Below, one piece after another: positions 63,120-64,000 of a DNA stretch of 64,000 nucleotides (its first letter is position 1; each line of letters begins with the position of its first letter). A model generated the notes under the pieces. That model had not been told where the DNA came from, ran no database searches, and was given only the letters and a program-made list of their open reading frames with translations. A program made the position numbers and the translations under genes. The DNA comes from Octopus bimaculoides (taxonomy: Eukaryota): assembly GCF_001194135.2 (NCBI RefSeq), contig NC_068985.1:54231908-54295907 (forward strand). The letters are read 5' to 3'.

Positions 63120-63810
63120 TTGTACCCAGAAATTTTCAACAACTGCACACCAGAAGAAATGGAAAAACAAGCAATTTTACCTCCCAAAAATTCTGACTGT
63201 CTGGCAATAAATGAAAAAGTTCTTAATATTATACCAGAGGCACTTAAAACGTACTTAAGCACAGATTCAGTGTCCTGCAATAATGAAGATGAGGTTCAGA
63301 ACTATCCATTTGAATTCATAAACTCGCTCTATCTGGTATGCCTCCTCATCGACTCAACTTAAAAGTAGGGGCTATTGTAATGCTGCTGAGAAATCTTTCA
63401 ATCAGTCATGGATTATGTAATGGAACTCGCATGATAGTGCAAAGACTTCATGAACATTGTGTAGAGGCATCATTGGTAACAGGCTCCAACAGAAGTCATA
63501 CAGTTCTAATTCTCAGAATGAAACTTAGCCCAAGTGATGCAAATATTCCATTCAAACTGAACAGACTTCAGTTTCCACTTCGATTTGCATATTCAATGAC
63601 AATAAGGCTCAAGGGCAAACATTTGAAAATGTTGAAATACATTTGCCTCGTCCGGTATTTTCTCATGGCCAATTATATGTCGCATTTTCAAGAGCACGAG
63701 CTATGAACAATATCAAAGTAAGAGTTATGACACTCAATTGGGATAACACACAAGGCCAAAAATGTATTGTGACATACACACAAAATATTGTCTCCCATAA
63801 AGTACTGTGA
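63120..63810 (+). mobile_element. Helitron PIF1-like helicase C-terminal remnant (frameshifted)
   Basis: AILPPKN, NYPFEFINSL, GMPPHRLNLKVGAIVMLLRNL, GLCNGTR, QFPLRFAYSMTI, KAQGQT and VFSHGQLYVAFSRA are spread over three frames. Stop at 63808-63810; CTAG at 63829-63832. Confidence 0.9.
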
Positions 63811-64000
63811 GGAAGATTAGCGCACCAGCTAGCATCATCACCACACCAGCCGCTCCATCATTTCACATCCACATTACACCTTTAAGATCAGGGAACCAGT
63901 TAGGGGCCTGCTGGATCTCACTCACCATACCAGAAAACCACAAAATTGCACCAGCCAGCATCACCACTACCTCTAAGCCTGTCATATCTATCTATATATA

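Noticed and set aside
132-63706. Most of the ORFs in the supplied track as genes
   Set aside because: They are translations of CA/TA/GA microsatellites, N-gaps or SINE bodies. The same peptides recur with the repeats (e.g. YQIHSQGFG, GHAGAPP) and none has domain-like content apart from the transposon remnants listed.
63338-63706. Host PIF1 helicase gene
   Set aside because: Intronless, frameshifted, N-terminally absent and Helitron-like in sequence, so it is a transposon remnant.

Overview
AT-rich eukaryotic (metazoan) scaffold sequence with five N-gaps, each flanked by simple repeats. The dispersed repeats resemble the SINE/LINE families I recall from Octopus; the species is an inference, not shown by the sequence. 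Nearly all ORFs in the supplied track are spurious (microsatellite or repeat translations) or decayed transposon fragments. The one well-supported host gene is on the minus strand. Two small exons (55811-55860, 50 nt; 43911-43968, 58 nt) splice in frame to (D)GAASKAGVQQGDKIIK|VNGTSALSLNHIEVVNLIK(S). This is the C-terminal half of a PDZ domain closely matching ARHGEF11/ARHGEF12 (PDZ-RhoGEF/LARG; fly RhoGEF2). Most of the window is therefore probably intron of this gene. The rest is mobile-element material: three tRNA-headed SINE families, RTE, CR1, L2 and R4/Dong-like LINE fragments, mariner and maT-like fossils, a Helitron helicase remnant, a HINE/DINE-1-like element, piggyBac-like MITEs and several long fold-back palindromes. 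There is no CRISPR array, rRNA or intact tRNA. I found no clear multi-gene novel system. The best leads are a CpG-rich candidate internal promoter that could yield a PDZ-less RhoGEF, two candidate micro-exons, an unusually dsRNA-prone intron, a mariner built from two 5' ends, a PHD finger inside an RTE reverse transcriptase ORF, and an exact 209-bp local templated duplication.
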